A DNA stretch of 36,719 nt from Schmidtea polychroa. Lineage: Eukaryota. Below, one piece after another: positions 10,606 through 21,518 of this stretch. Below the pieces are notes generated by a model. It did no database searches. It was not told the DNA's origin and was given only the letters and a program-made list of their open reading frames with translations. A program made the translations under genes and the position numbers. Location: NCBI GenBank assembly GCA_044892525.1, contig CM097886.1:95976001-96012719 (forward strand). Direction: 5' to 3'. The stretch's first letter is position 1; each line of letters starts with the position of its first letter.

Positions 10606-12114
10606 ATGTTAACGATATTGTTGAAATTGATAAACCAAAAGAAAGAAATTTATGAGGACAATGAGGTGAGTGAACAAAATGAACCTATTGCCATTGAATT
10701 TTTAGATGAATTTCAACATACAAACAAAACAGATATACAATGGCGAAGAAAAGAATTCCAGCCCAAAGTTCAAAGAGAAACATTTAATGAAAACTTAAAT
10801 AATAATATAGTTAATGATGGTGCTCAATCCCCTTTAAAATATTTTGAAAAATATTTCACATCTGAAGTGTTTGAGAGCTTTGCATTTCATACAAATATTT
10901 ATGCACAGCAAAATTGTGTAAATGGATTCAGACAAACAAATGCACAAGAATTTAAGATATTTTTTGGACTTCATATGCTTATGGGCTGTTTAAAGTTTTC
11001 GCGCCTTAGAATGTATTGGTCACCAGTTCTAAATATCGAAATTTTTAAAAAACATATGACTTCGGATAGATTTTTCCAGCTAAGAAATAACTTGCATATT
11101 GTGAACAATTTGGAAAAACCCAATGATTGTAAGGACAAATTCTATAAGGTAAGACCATTGGTTGATGCTATTCGTCGTCGGTGTAATCAATTGCCGCTGG
11201 AAGAAAATTTATGTATTGATGAACAGATTATACCGTTTAAAGGACATTTAGTAATGAAACAATACATGAAAGGTAAACCGAATCCCTGGGGTATGAAGGT
11301 TTTCATACTTTGTGGTAAAAGTGGAATACCATATGATTTCTTTTTATACCAAGGCGCAGATACAGGCATATCGGCTATTAACTTGAAAAGATTTGGTTTT
11401 GGTGCTAGTGTTGTACTTCATTTGGTGCAACGGTTACCGAATAATAATGGCAATAATCTATATTTTGACAATTACTTCAGCTCATACCAATTATTTGAAA
11501 TTTTAAAGCAGAAAGGAATAAATGCCGTAGGAACCTTAAGAGTAAATCGTTTTGCTAATCCACCATTTATTACAGATAAGGAACTCGCAAAGAAAGGTCG
11601 GGGGGCAACTGACACTGTGGTCAGTAGGGATGGAAAAATTGTTTTAGTAAAATGGCAGGACAATAAGGCTATTCACATAGGCTCGAATTTTGTTGGAATT
11701 GGAACTACTGAAGTAGTGGAAAGATGGGATAAAACTGCTAAAAAATATGTAAAAATTTGTCGGCCCGAGATTATTTCTCGGTATAATCTGTGCATGGGGG
11801 GAGTGGATCTTCTAGATCAGCTTATCAGCTATTATCGAGTTTTTATCCAGTCCAAGAAGTGGCCATTGAGAGTATTTTTTCATTTCATGGATTTTGCTAC
11901 ATGTGCCAGTTGGTTAGAGTATAGAAGGGATTGTGAAATACAAAAAATTCCAAAGAAAAATATACAGGATTTACTGGCATTTAGAATGGAATTAGCAAAT
12001 AGTTTAGTTTCAGCAGGCAAACCATGCAATGTAAGAAAAAAGGGTAGACCTTTTCAAATTCCAGCGTTGATACTTCAATCGAAAAAAAACAATCTAAAAA
12101 GAATCAGGAAATAA
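10606..12114 (+). CDS. piggyBac transposase core (DDD intact); true gene about 10502-12285 with frameshifted N- and C-termini
   Basis: CIDEQIIPFKG, KPNPWGMKVF, LYFDNYFSS and MGGVDLLDQLISYY motifs. Upstream ATG at 10502 (MTRKQLSVKEIFD) is out of frame. The Cys-rich tail (HMSQHD..TRCKQIGCKGRT..LCINKLRNCF) lies in another frame after about 12050 and has lost a CxxC. Confidence 0.95.
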   Translation: MLTILLKLINQKKEIYEDNEVSEQNEPIAIEFLDEFQHTNKTDIQWRRKEFQPKVQRETFNENLNNNIVNDGAQSPLKYFEKYFTSEVFESFAFHTNIYAQQNCVNGFRQTNAQEFKIFFGLHMLMGCLKFSRLRMYWSPVLNIEIFKKHMTSDRFFQLRNNLHIVNNLEKPNDCKDKFYKVRPLVDAIRRRCNQLPLEENLCIDEQIIPFKGHLVMKQYMKGKPNPWGMKVFILCGKSGIPYDFFLYQGADTGISAINLKRFGFGASVVLHLVQRLPNNNGNNLYFDNYFSSYQLFEILKQKGINAVGTLRVNRFANPPFITDKELAKKGRGATDTVVSRDGKIVLVKWQDNKAIHIGSNFVGIGTTEVVERWDKTAKKYVKICRPEIISRYNLCMGGVDLLDQLISYYRVFIQSKKWPLRVFFHFMDFATCASWLEYRRDCEIQKIPKKNIQDLLAFRMELANSLVSAGKPCNVRKKGRPFQIPALILQSKKNNLKRIRK

Positions 12115-12872
12115 GACCATACAAGGATATCAGATTTGATGACATTGATCATATGTCCCAACATGATCAAAAAACTGAACCCACTCGTTGCAAACAAATT
12201 GGCTGCAAGGGTAGAACATTTTTTTTACCTTTGTATTAATAAATTAAGAAATTGTTTCTCAGATTTTAATAGGAACAAGAACTGAAAGAGTTTTTAAAAA
12301 AATAGAACACGAAGTTCCTAAATTGATTTTTGTTTATTTTTATACAAAGTTCCTATTTTTTGTTTTTGTGTATATGTATATAGATACACATATTGTTTAT
12401 TTATGTTATTTTTTTATAGTTTGTATAAGTATGTGTTGAATTCAGAATAAAGATACATTTTATTTTTGATTTCTTTCTTTTTTTCTTTTTTTTTTGAAGA
12501 ATTGCTATAGTGTTTTATTTTAATTCATTCAAAGGTACATAAAAAAGCTCAGTAAAATTAACACCTACTGATACGAAATGTACAATATAATGTACATTCT
12601 CTAAAGCCGTTATTTAAAAAAAAAATTAAATTATTTTTTTATTTTTTTGCATAATTTGAGTCCACTTACTAGGTTTGATGGTCTAGATAATTAATTTACC
12701 CACAGAATTAATTCCCGAATGAAAGGGTTAAATTATATTTCAATTCATTACATAATTACGTGCAATTAATATAAGCTGTGCATGACTTTAATTTCGCGAT
12801 GGTTTAATGATTCTTTAATTTTATATCGACTAAACAATTTCTATGTACCAATTTTATCATTAGCTATCAACT

Positions 12873-13004
12873 NNNNNNNNNNNNNNNNNNNNNNNNNNNN
12901 NNNNNNNNNNNNNNNNNNNNNNNNNNNNNNNNNNNNNNNNNNNNNNNNNNNNNNNNNNNNNNNNNNNNNNNNNNNNNNNNNNNNNNNNNNNNNNNNNNNN
13001 NNNN
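12873..13004. other. Assembly gap (N run)
   Basis: 132 N. Confidence 1.
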
Positions 13005-13613
13005 ACGTCTCAGGGTCAGACTCTCAGCCCAAAAAGATTCGAGAAATATTGAAATTGCCATCAAGGCGTCACAGATAGTTGATGATGCATGATGACGTAA
13101 CAAATTTTGATGACTTTCTAAAAATATTAATTGTTTAATTTAAATTAGGAAACATCGACTTAGTATATAAACCCTAACGTATTGGAGGTCCAGAAGATTT
13201 ATTTAATTAGAAAAGCAAAAATTCTATTAAAAATTTCTTTTGAGAAAGGTAAAGTGCAAATTTAAAAAGAAAATTTGGGGAAAACATTTCCCAGAAAACA
13301 ACGGTCAATAATCCAGATAAGCGAAGAAATGGACACATGAAGGAAAGAAAACGGCTGTATAATATTGTATAAATTCATATGGAAAGGAATTGTAACTTAA
13401 TTTGCTAGAAAATTTAAAAAGTTATCAAGCAGAAACTCCAGTTTCCAAAATAAGATGAACCTGCTTTAATAATTACAACGAAACCAGAGAGAATTCAGCA
13501 CACAGAACACCCAAGAACACATTTTGTCCATATGGGTACATTATTTTAAAATTAAATAAAGGGAAAGAACAACGGATTCATCAATCTGGATATAATTAAT
13601 TAATAGTGATAAA

Positions 13614-15855
13614 TAAGGCCCGGATTTTTCGGCAATTGCCGAAATATATTGTTTTTCGAGTACTGCTGTAAGAATGCTCAATTTTCATGAAAGCCTTTTG
13701 TGAATGTTTCGATTATATTCGAAACATCTTGTATTTAACTTTCAATTATATCATTCGAGTATTAATTTTAATAAATTTATATAGCATTTATATTTGGTTA
13801 TACATTGACAATTATATAATAAAGCTTTTCAAAGTATCCATACACGTTTCATCTCTAGGAAAGTACAACAATATTAAGCTATATATATATTTTAGTTAAT
13901 ATTTTTTTAAGTCAAGCCAATAAATTTTTATTTTTACGATTTTACGATTTTTACGAGTTTTTTTTAGAGTTTTCATGTAGGTATACTCAATTTTAATGAT
14001 TTTCATGAAAATTTCCTCTAAATATTTATGTAGGTCACACAGAAACACGTCCTCATAAAAACTCGCATGGTAGCAATATGGCAGAAATAATGTCCATTGA
14101 TCTCCGATATCAATATTTATTATTTTTCCTTGTTTTTCTTCATTCGATTGTTCTTGTGGGTAACTTGCCTTATTAATTTACTAGCTTGGTCATATAAAAT
14201 TTAAGTCAAATAATTTCACAATAATAAATTTATAATAGATGCTTGGTCATGTCTGTCTTATCTTAAAGCAAATCATTAAGACACAAATTGGCTGATGATT
14301 GTAAAGGTGAAGATGACCTTGAAGCACAACAGAAAATCATATGGCGTAAAGCTTGTGAAAAACCTGTGAGATTCCGAGAAAACCGTTTGGCTTCCTCAAT
14401 AGAAAATCATTTATCAAGCAAGAAAAATAAAGAACCGAAGAAAGTTTCTTTTCATAAGTCTTTCGAAGAATACACTAGGAAAGCTTCCTAACAGAATGAA
14501 TTTTATCTCGATTTAACAAAGATGCTTACTACATTTCGACATAAAATATCAAATCCGTCATTTGTGAACTTCATAAAAAATATACTAAGAGCACACCGAG
14601 AAAAAAATATTGCTCATCAACAAAATTTGGAGATGATTCGTCGGATTATTGGAAATGGTGATATCTATTTTATTATTGATGAAACAACTGATATATATGA
14701 CCAATAAGTGCTGAATATTCTTTTTGGAAAACTTGATGGCAGTCCAAGTATACGATGTTATTAAAATCAAAACTTGGAGAAAACAAACGCAATAACTATA
14801 TAATACAAGTATTGATCAACAGTATGGACGTTCTTTGGTCAGATGAAAAACATTACGAACCAATTTTGCTAGTTGTAACAGATGCAGCAGCATATATGAT
14901 TTCTGCCTTTTCGAAATTTAATGGTCTATTATTTCCAAACATGGAACACGTTACATGTTTGACTCATGCATTACAAAATGTATGCGAAAGAATACGAGAA
15001 GAATCTGCCGATGTAAATGAATTCTTTTCATTAATGAAAAAGTTATTGTTAAAATCAAATGAAAGAAAAAACGTAAATAGAATAATCACGGGTCTTCCAT
15101 TACCACTAAATCCAGTTATTACATGTTGAGGCACATTCATCGAAGCCGCTGTTTTTTATTTAGACAATTTTACGAAAATAGTTCGGTTTATAAATAAAAT
15201 TGAAATTGACACTGAGGCGATGAAAAAAATCATACACTTGATAGAAAAGAAAAATTTATTTAACAATCTTTTATTATTTGCGAATTACAAGTTTTTGGTA
15301 GAAAAATTTACCTAAGTGAAGCGCTCAACATTTTAGAAGATCTAAAAGTGGGCTTGCATGGGTTTGCAAAACAAAAATTGCTATATTGCTTAAACAAAAA
15401 TCAAGATTTAGATCGCTTTACTTCAAATGAGAAAAGCTACGAATTTCAAGTCAACATTTTATATGCTCCTATTGTTTCGATCACATTACTATTTTCAGAA
15501 TTTTTTAATTTGTCAAAACATTAAAAATAAAAAAAATTGAAGTAAAAATGCAATTGTCAATTTTGTTCACTTTGAAACATGACATTAATTATCTCTGTTT
15601 AAAATCAATCATGTATAGTAAAATTTCAAATTATAAAACGATGAAAACGTATTTTATTTTTAAATAATAGTATATTTTACTAATCATGCTTATTGTAACA
15701 ATAGTATGATTACATATAATAGATATATGGCTTTTTTGTTTAAAATAAAACTGACTAATATCGTTTTTGATGATTTTATATTAAAAATATAGAAATTTTT
15801 ATTACCGAAAACCGACCGAAATTTAAAATGTTAAGAACAAAAAAATCGGGCCTTA
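13614..15855 (+). mobile_element. hAT transposon, CGGBP1/hAT19-like, 2242 bp
   Basis: TIRs taaggcccggattttt and, as reverse complement, taaggcccgattttt; exact 8-bp TSD gtgataaa (13606-13613 and 15856-15863). Confidence 0.92.
14288..15480 (+). pseudogene. hAT (CGGBP1/DUF659-like) transposase with multiple stops and frameshifts
   Basis: FIIDETTD, LWSDE, LLVVTDAAAYM, HVTCLTHALQ, LPLNPVITC*GTFIEAA (from TRWGT) and YAPIVS; the catalytic E segment (ERSFS) is deleted. Confidence 0.87.
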
Positions 15856-17371
15856 GTGATAAATACAACCTTGATCGAAACAGAGAACAGTTTCCACAGA
15901 ACTTGAAACTGCCACGAAATTAATACCTACCTGTTTCAAATATAAAATAGAGGGAGAGTCATTAATCCAGTTTTTTCACTCTTGTGAATTATACATAACA
16001 CAATAGCAAACGTCTATTATAAATAAAAAGTATAGAAATAAATAATTGTCTTTGGACCACAGCTGATTAATTTATATTTAAATTCATATTTCAAATTTGG
16101 AGTTAGACTAGTATTAAGGTCGTTAATCACTTTTTGATCTTAACAAACGTATTCGTAAAAAATGGATCAAATGATCTAAGGACAAAATTCTCTATAATTA
16201 ATTTTTGAAATATCAGTTTTAACTAAAATTGAATAAATTATATATCATTCGATAGAGAAAAGTTTAATTACAGTTAACATTGAAATAAAAATGTCATGTT
16301 ATCGATTAAAAATAAAAAACTATAGTAAAATTTTAATTTTTAATATAATGGATTAGAGACAGACTCTCAGACCTTGTTTAATTTTTATATCCGATTATAA
16401 ATTTGAAAAATAAAAATTGTTTTTGTAATTTAAAATCAAATTGTAAAAATTTACTTTGAATTCAAAGTATAATCTAATATTTTTATTGTATACATTTTAA
16501 AATAATTGGTTTTAATCCAATGATAATCAAATCGATATAACTATGTTTTTGGTGGCCAAAACTGGTTTGAACCAAAAATAAAAGTAGAATTCTGATCAAA
16601 TGACGTTACACAGCATTAATTATGCAGAAAACACCAAATAAACACGATAGAAAGAGCAGATGTAACAGCAAAATCAAGAAATATAAAAGTAACACGAATA
16701 AATAACAGAGTTTACACAAATTCGAATTCATGTCAATAAATAAAAATTGGAATTAGAAATAAAATATTTATAAAAGTAACACAAAAAATAATATAGAAAT
16801 TAAAATAAACAAAAATTATATGAATCATTTTCTATGAAATATTTTAATAGATAATTTTTTCGGCCCACAACCAATATAATTACAAGCTAGTAAATTTAGG
16901 ACATATTTCGACCTCCGTGCCGACCGTGGACGAAGGCGTTTTGGAGGGTGGAACATCCGGAACAAGTATACTGTCAGAATACCATTGTGCTATAGTATCA
17001 CACTCGTAAAAGGTCAGTCGGGTAAACTGTGGAGCACAAACAGAAAGTGTAACTTGCATAGGCAATATCAAGGAATTGCTCTACACCTTTTAGTCTACTA
17101 GTGAAATCAAAGGGCTCGTCTCACTAATGCTCAGTGAGCTGTGTGGGGCGAGCAGTTTAATATCACGACTCTACGATAATTTGATTGAATTCATAAATTT
17201 AGAGTATAATCCATGGTCTCCTAACAACGTCCCGCGAGCCATTTTTGGCCCTCTGATATTTTATACGGCACGTCAAATAATTGAAAACTCAGGTTTAGAA
17301 ATATATTATAGATTTAAAATTTAACTTGAAAAATTATAAATAACATAGAAACTGTGTCATAGTTCTATTAA

Positions 17372-17747
17372 CCCTTTCGCGGACACGCCGGCATTTAATA
17401 ATTTAATAACATATTATAATTTTGCATGAAAAAATATATTTAATTTAAATAAAAACATGTATTAGTAAATAAATTTTTTTAAATTCTTTCATACATAGAA
17501 ACATGACAATAACGTTACCGTTTCCACTGTAAAATAAAAAGGGAAGATCCTGATTAATTTTTAAATTAGAACAGTACAAAACAAAAACGTTCAAAGCTTC
17601 ACAAGCTACACAACACGCATATATAACATATAACAAGTATATAACACGCATCATCTTTTCAGCGGAATCATTTGTGAACTTAACTTGTATTTGGTAAATA
17701 TTTTGTGTTTTAAAATAAATATTTTGATAACCCGACTTTGTTTTCAT
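17372..17747 (-). mobile_element. 3' end of a minus-strand piggyBac element
   Basis: TTAA (17368-17371) abuts ccctttcgcggacacgccgg. The minus-strand ORF carries a Cys-rich CRD-like stretch (YACCVACEALNVFVLYCSN). No partner end was found. Confidence 0.55.
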
Positions 17748-17899
17748 ATTAGATAGACCTATATAGTCACCAGTGCGACGTTGGGAATCTCAAATATTGA
17801 GACCTTAACATAATACACATGTTTTGTACTATTATTTATATGTTTTCTAAAAATGTAATTTTTATAAAAAAATTTTTATAATTTTTTTGCATATCTTTT

Positions 17900-17980
17900 G
17901 AATACGTATTTTTTGCGGCTCGCGAAACATTTTGAATTTCGAAAAATGACTCGAGCTATCGAGGAACTTGGCCACCCCTG
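17900..17980 (+). mobile_element. Isolated right end of a Buster-type hAT
   Basis: gcggctcgcg...aacttggccacccctg followed by gtctatag (nnnTAnnn pattern); no matching left end or TSD copy seen. Confidence 0.45.
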
Positions 17981-18766
17981 GTCTATAGTGATCATCGTTA
18001 AAATTGAAATCAGAATTATTAACAAAAGCCTCCATAAAAGAGTGTAATTCATTTTATAATAATATATTTTCCATTATAATGAATCTGATTGGTAACCAAT
18101 TACTGGTGATGGAGGAAGTGATGATCAAATGTTGTGAAAAATCTTGTCTAGATTATGCATTACATTTGGCTGAAACGAAGACATTTTAGAAAGAAAATAT
18201 TATAAACCAAATTGAATTAGTTGAAGAAAATGGTTCTAATGATGTATTTGTCGATGACTTAGGTCAGACCTGTCCAAACCGCGGCCCGCGAACTTCTCTA
18301 TAATTTGATACCATCTTATTTACGTAAATACTTTTATTGCTACGAAAAACTTATATTAATATTAAAATATAATACAATGTTATGAAACTTTTTTCTTCCA
18401 AATGAAGACTTCACGTGGCGTTTGCGTCTCTCTTTGCGACCTAACTCTACTGGTCGTGAAGTTATACGGAAGGACATCAGTAAAAAAAAGATGTAAAATG
18501 CGTTATTGCCGCGGATTGTAAACTTTTCTTCAATCTATACTTAGCGGACAATTTTTTTACCATTCTTTATTCTGTTTATTTACTCGATATTACTAAATAA
18601 GTAAACACTGTTCGGCCAAATATTTACGACACAAATTACTACCCGCTTATAAGTTGGTATATGGCCCACATCATGTACAACTCATAAATCGCGACAGGTT
18701 GTATATGTTTATGATCATCGAGAAGTAATATGTAAACCCTCTACCCAATTTATATATTGCCTGTGA

Positions 18767-18769
<3 letters not shown>

Positions 18770-18807
<38 letters not shown>
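18770..18807. repeat. (TA)n microsatellite
   Basis: About 19 TA units. Confidence 0.95.
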
Positions 18808-18809
<2 letters not shown>

Positions 18810-20075
18810 TGTGTCTTCATTGCACATTTTATTTGTATTATTATAACAACACATATATCATTATTTGAATGTTTTGCGAAAATGAATGGGTCGCCCAAAC
18901 CGGGATATATTTAGTAATTTGTTAATAGAAAAAATAGTCAATCAGTCAAATTTGGCGTAATTTATTTATATATATATACAAATGCGGAATATGTATTATG
19001 AGGGTGTGGGGTTGTTTTCAACTATAATCAATATTATAACTGCAAGTATTAATTAATTTCAGACTATATTCCATTATACTGATATTAACAATGCCATACA
19101 ATAGCTTTGTATTCTTTATTTTTAGAAACCCATGTCTGAGAAGAGAAGAAAAATCGAAAATGAAAATCGAACGTACAATATCAGGTGGGGGAATCGGACT
19201 ATTTCATTAATAACAATAAAAATAAAATTCAATGCATAATTTGTATGCAAGTTTTGTCGGCGTGTAAGGAGTATAACGTTAAAAGGCACTATGTATCACT
19301 TCATAGCAAAAAATTTGACTCGTATATCGGAGAATCCAGAACATCGATCATTGAAAAGTATAAAAAAGACGTGATGCACCAAACCACATTTTTTATGAAA
19401 CTCAACACCACAGAAACGGAAAGCCTTGCTGCTTCATATTCAGTGGCATTGGAGTTAGCAAAGTCCAAGAAATCATATAGTGATGGTCTTTTAACCCTTT
19501 AATGCATATGGACTTAAATAAAAGTCCATGAAGAAATGACTCGTAAAACATATCCATGATGATGTGATAAAGCAGAAAATGTGTTGTATATTAAGTATGG
19601 AGATAGTACAACATGAAGTAACGATATGTAGGACAGATAATCATTTTTTATATAATATTTTATGATTAACATTTGTTTAATTAATGGAAAATTTTGGAAA
19701 ATTTTAAAACGCTGTTTACGTGGATTTGTATAGGTAAGAATGATTTATTGTCATGTTATTATGAATTCTAAAGCTGCTTTAAGACAAATTAAAGTAATTC
19801 CAAAAAAATTAAATGGCGCATTTGTCGGAATGCAATGTTTTACTGATGGACTTTAATATAAGTCAGCATGCATTAAGGGGTAATTAAAAACCAGTAATTC
19901 ATACTTTCTTTATCTTTTACATAAACTCATACATTAGGGGGTGGGTGGTAGGGAGTCCCCTAACCCCCAAACCCAACCCTAAAAATAATTTCGGACCATT
20001 CATATTTTATTGTTTACATACTATTTGCATATTTCAAATTAAATTTTACGAATTACTTTTACTTATTGCAGGCAA

Positions 20076-21518
20076 ATGAAACCTCCACAACGTAAAGCTA
20101 AAAGTATAGCTCAAATGCGATTCGAAAAGAAGAAACGAGTTGCTGATACGCATTTGGTATTACCAACAGCTGAAATAAGTGACATTAGTGGCGATGAAGA
20201 GGAGGAAGAGCTGATAGATATTGAGGCACAACACCTTGCTGAGTACGAGTTGGTGGATATAGATGAAGATGAAAATGAAGAGGCGCCTGAAGAAGATCTA
20301 TATGAAACACTGCGTGAGGAATATAGATGGAGGAAGCATGCTCCAGCTGAGCAGAATACGATGTTTGAGGACATGCAGAATGATGATCATGAAGAAGATA
20401 ATGACATGTACTCTCCTTACGACTTTGCCAAAAAATTTTTCACCAACGAGCTTATCAGTTTGATTGTGGGACAATCAAACATGTACTCTGTTCAGCAGAC
20501 TGGCAAATCTGCGTATATTACCAATAATGAAGTGGAAAGATTTATAGGTAAGCGGACTGCAGATTGTTTATATTCATTGACTCGTGCAATGTATTTCTTA
20601 TCGCATTTCAGGGATACTTCTGCTGATGGGGGTATTCAGACTGCCTCAAAACCGTATGTATTGGAGTCCGAGTACATTCGTTCCCCGAATTGCCAATTCA
20701 ATGACTATTAACCGCTTTGACGAAATCAAAAGATTTTTGCATTTCAACGACAACGCCCTGTTACCTACCGTGAAAGCCCACATTATGATAAACTGTATAA
20801 AGCACGACCCCTCCTTGATTACATTCGTAAAGTATGCCTCAGTTTGCGAAACACGGAGCATCAAGGTTGTGACAAGTTTTTGGAGAAAGAGACTGCTCTT
20901 AAAAAACGTGGAAGAGGGAGTATTGATTTGGGAGTAGAAGAAAATTCCAACGTTCTGGTATTGCGGTGGATGGATTCTGGTGTCGTTCAGCTGGCCAGCA
21001 ATTACCTGAATGCGGATTTGGGTGAACAATGTGACCGATACAACGCAGAAAAGAAAGAGCGTGTGAAAGTCGACTGCCCCAAAATTGTACAAGTGTACAA
21101 CAAACACATGGGTGGAGTGGATTTGCATGATATGTTGGTATCGTTGTATCGGTTGACTTTAAAAACTCGCAAGTGGTATCTTCATCTCTTTTTTTACACA
21201 TTAAATGTGATGGTAGTAAACGCTTGGATTCTTCACCGAGATCAAGAAAAGCGATTGAAAACATCCAAGAAGAAGCGATACACTGTGTTGAAATTCGTAA
21301 CAGAGGTTGCCGATTGCTTCCTCTCTGTGGGTAAAACTGTGTCTCAAAATAAGAGAAAAAGATCCTTCACGCCAGTTGAAGACATCAGACACGATGGAAT
21401 TGGACATTGGCCAATTTATCTTTCTAACCAGCAAAAGTGTCGACTATGTATGGATCTCAGGAAAGAAAAAGTTGGACGCACTATGGTGAAATGCTCGAAA
21501 TGCGACGTGCTTTTATGA
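20076..21518 (+). pseudogene. piggyBac transposase with one intron, a frameshift near 20768 and deletion of the first two catalytic Asp regions
   Basis: Acidic N-terminus, YRWRK, FIG|ILLLMG, RFDEIKRFLHFNDN, DKLYKARPLL. The sequence then jumps from TEHQ to GCDKFL, losing the DE..PFKG and DN.F motifs. MGGVDLHD and the CRD (CRLC..KCSKCDV) are retained. Confidence 0.9.
20548..20611 (+). other. 64-nt phase-1 GT-AG intron in the piggyBac transposase
   Basis: gtaagc...catttcag; removal joins ORF 20076 to ORF 20584 as EVERFIG|ILLLMGVFRLPQNRMYWS, the conserved piggyBac motif. Confidence 0.82.

Larger units (their letters stand above)
9993..12727 (+). mobile_element. Full-length piggyBac element (PGBD3-like), 2735 bp
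   Basis: TTAA at 9989-9992 and 12728-12731; imperfect TIRs cccttttatacgg and, as reverse complement, ccctttcattcgg. The palindromic subterminal motif tgtacaatWWWWtgtaca occurs at about 10008, 10348, 10383 and 12580. Confidence 0.92.

Noticed and set aside
11187-11663. Antisense ORFs within the piggyBac transposase, and likewise those at 20111-21434, 22018, 28767 and 30977-31822
   Set aside because: Shadow ORFs on the opposite strand of recognisable transposase genes.
12782-13103. ORFs spanning the N gap
   Set aside because: Artefacts of translating N bases.
13150-13605. LINE-like phrase LYKFIWKG and flanking sequence continuing past the hAT at 15864
   Set aside because: Too short and stop-ridden to assign.
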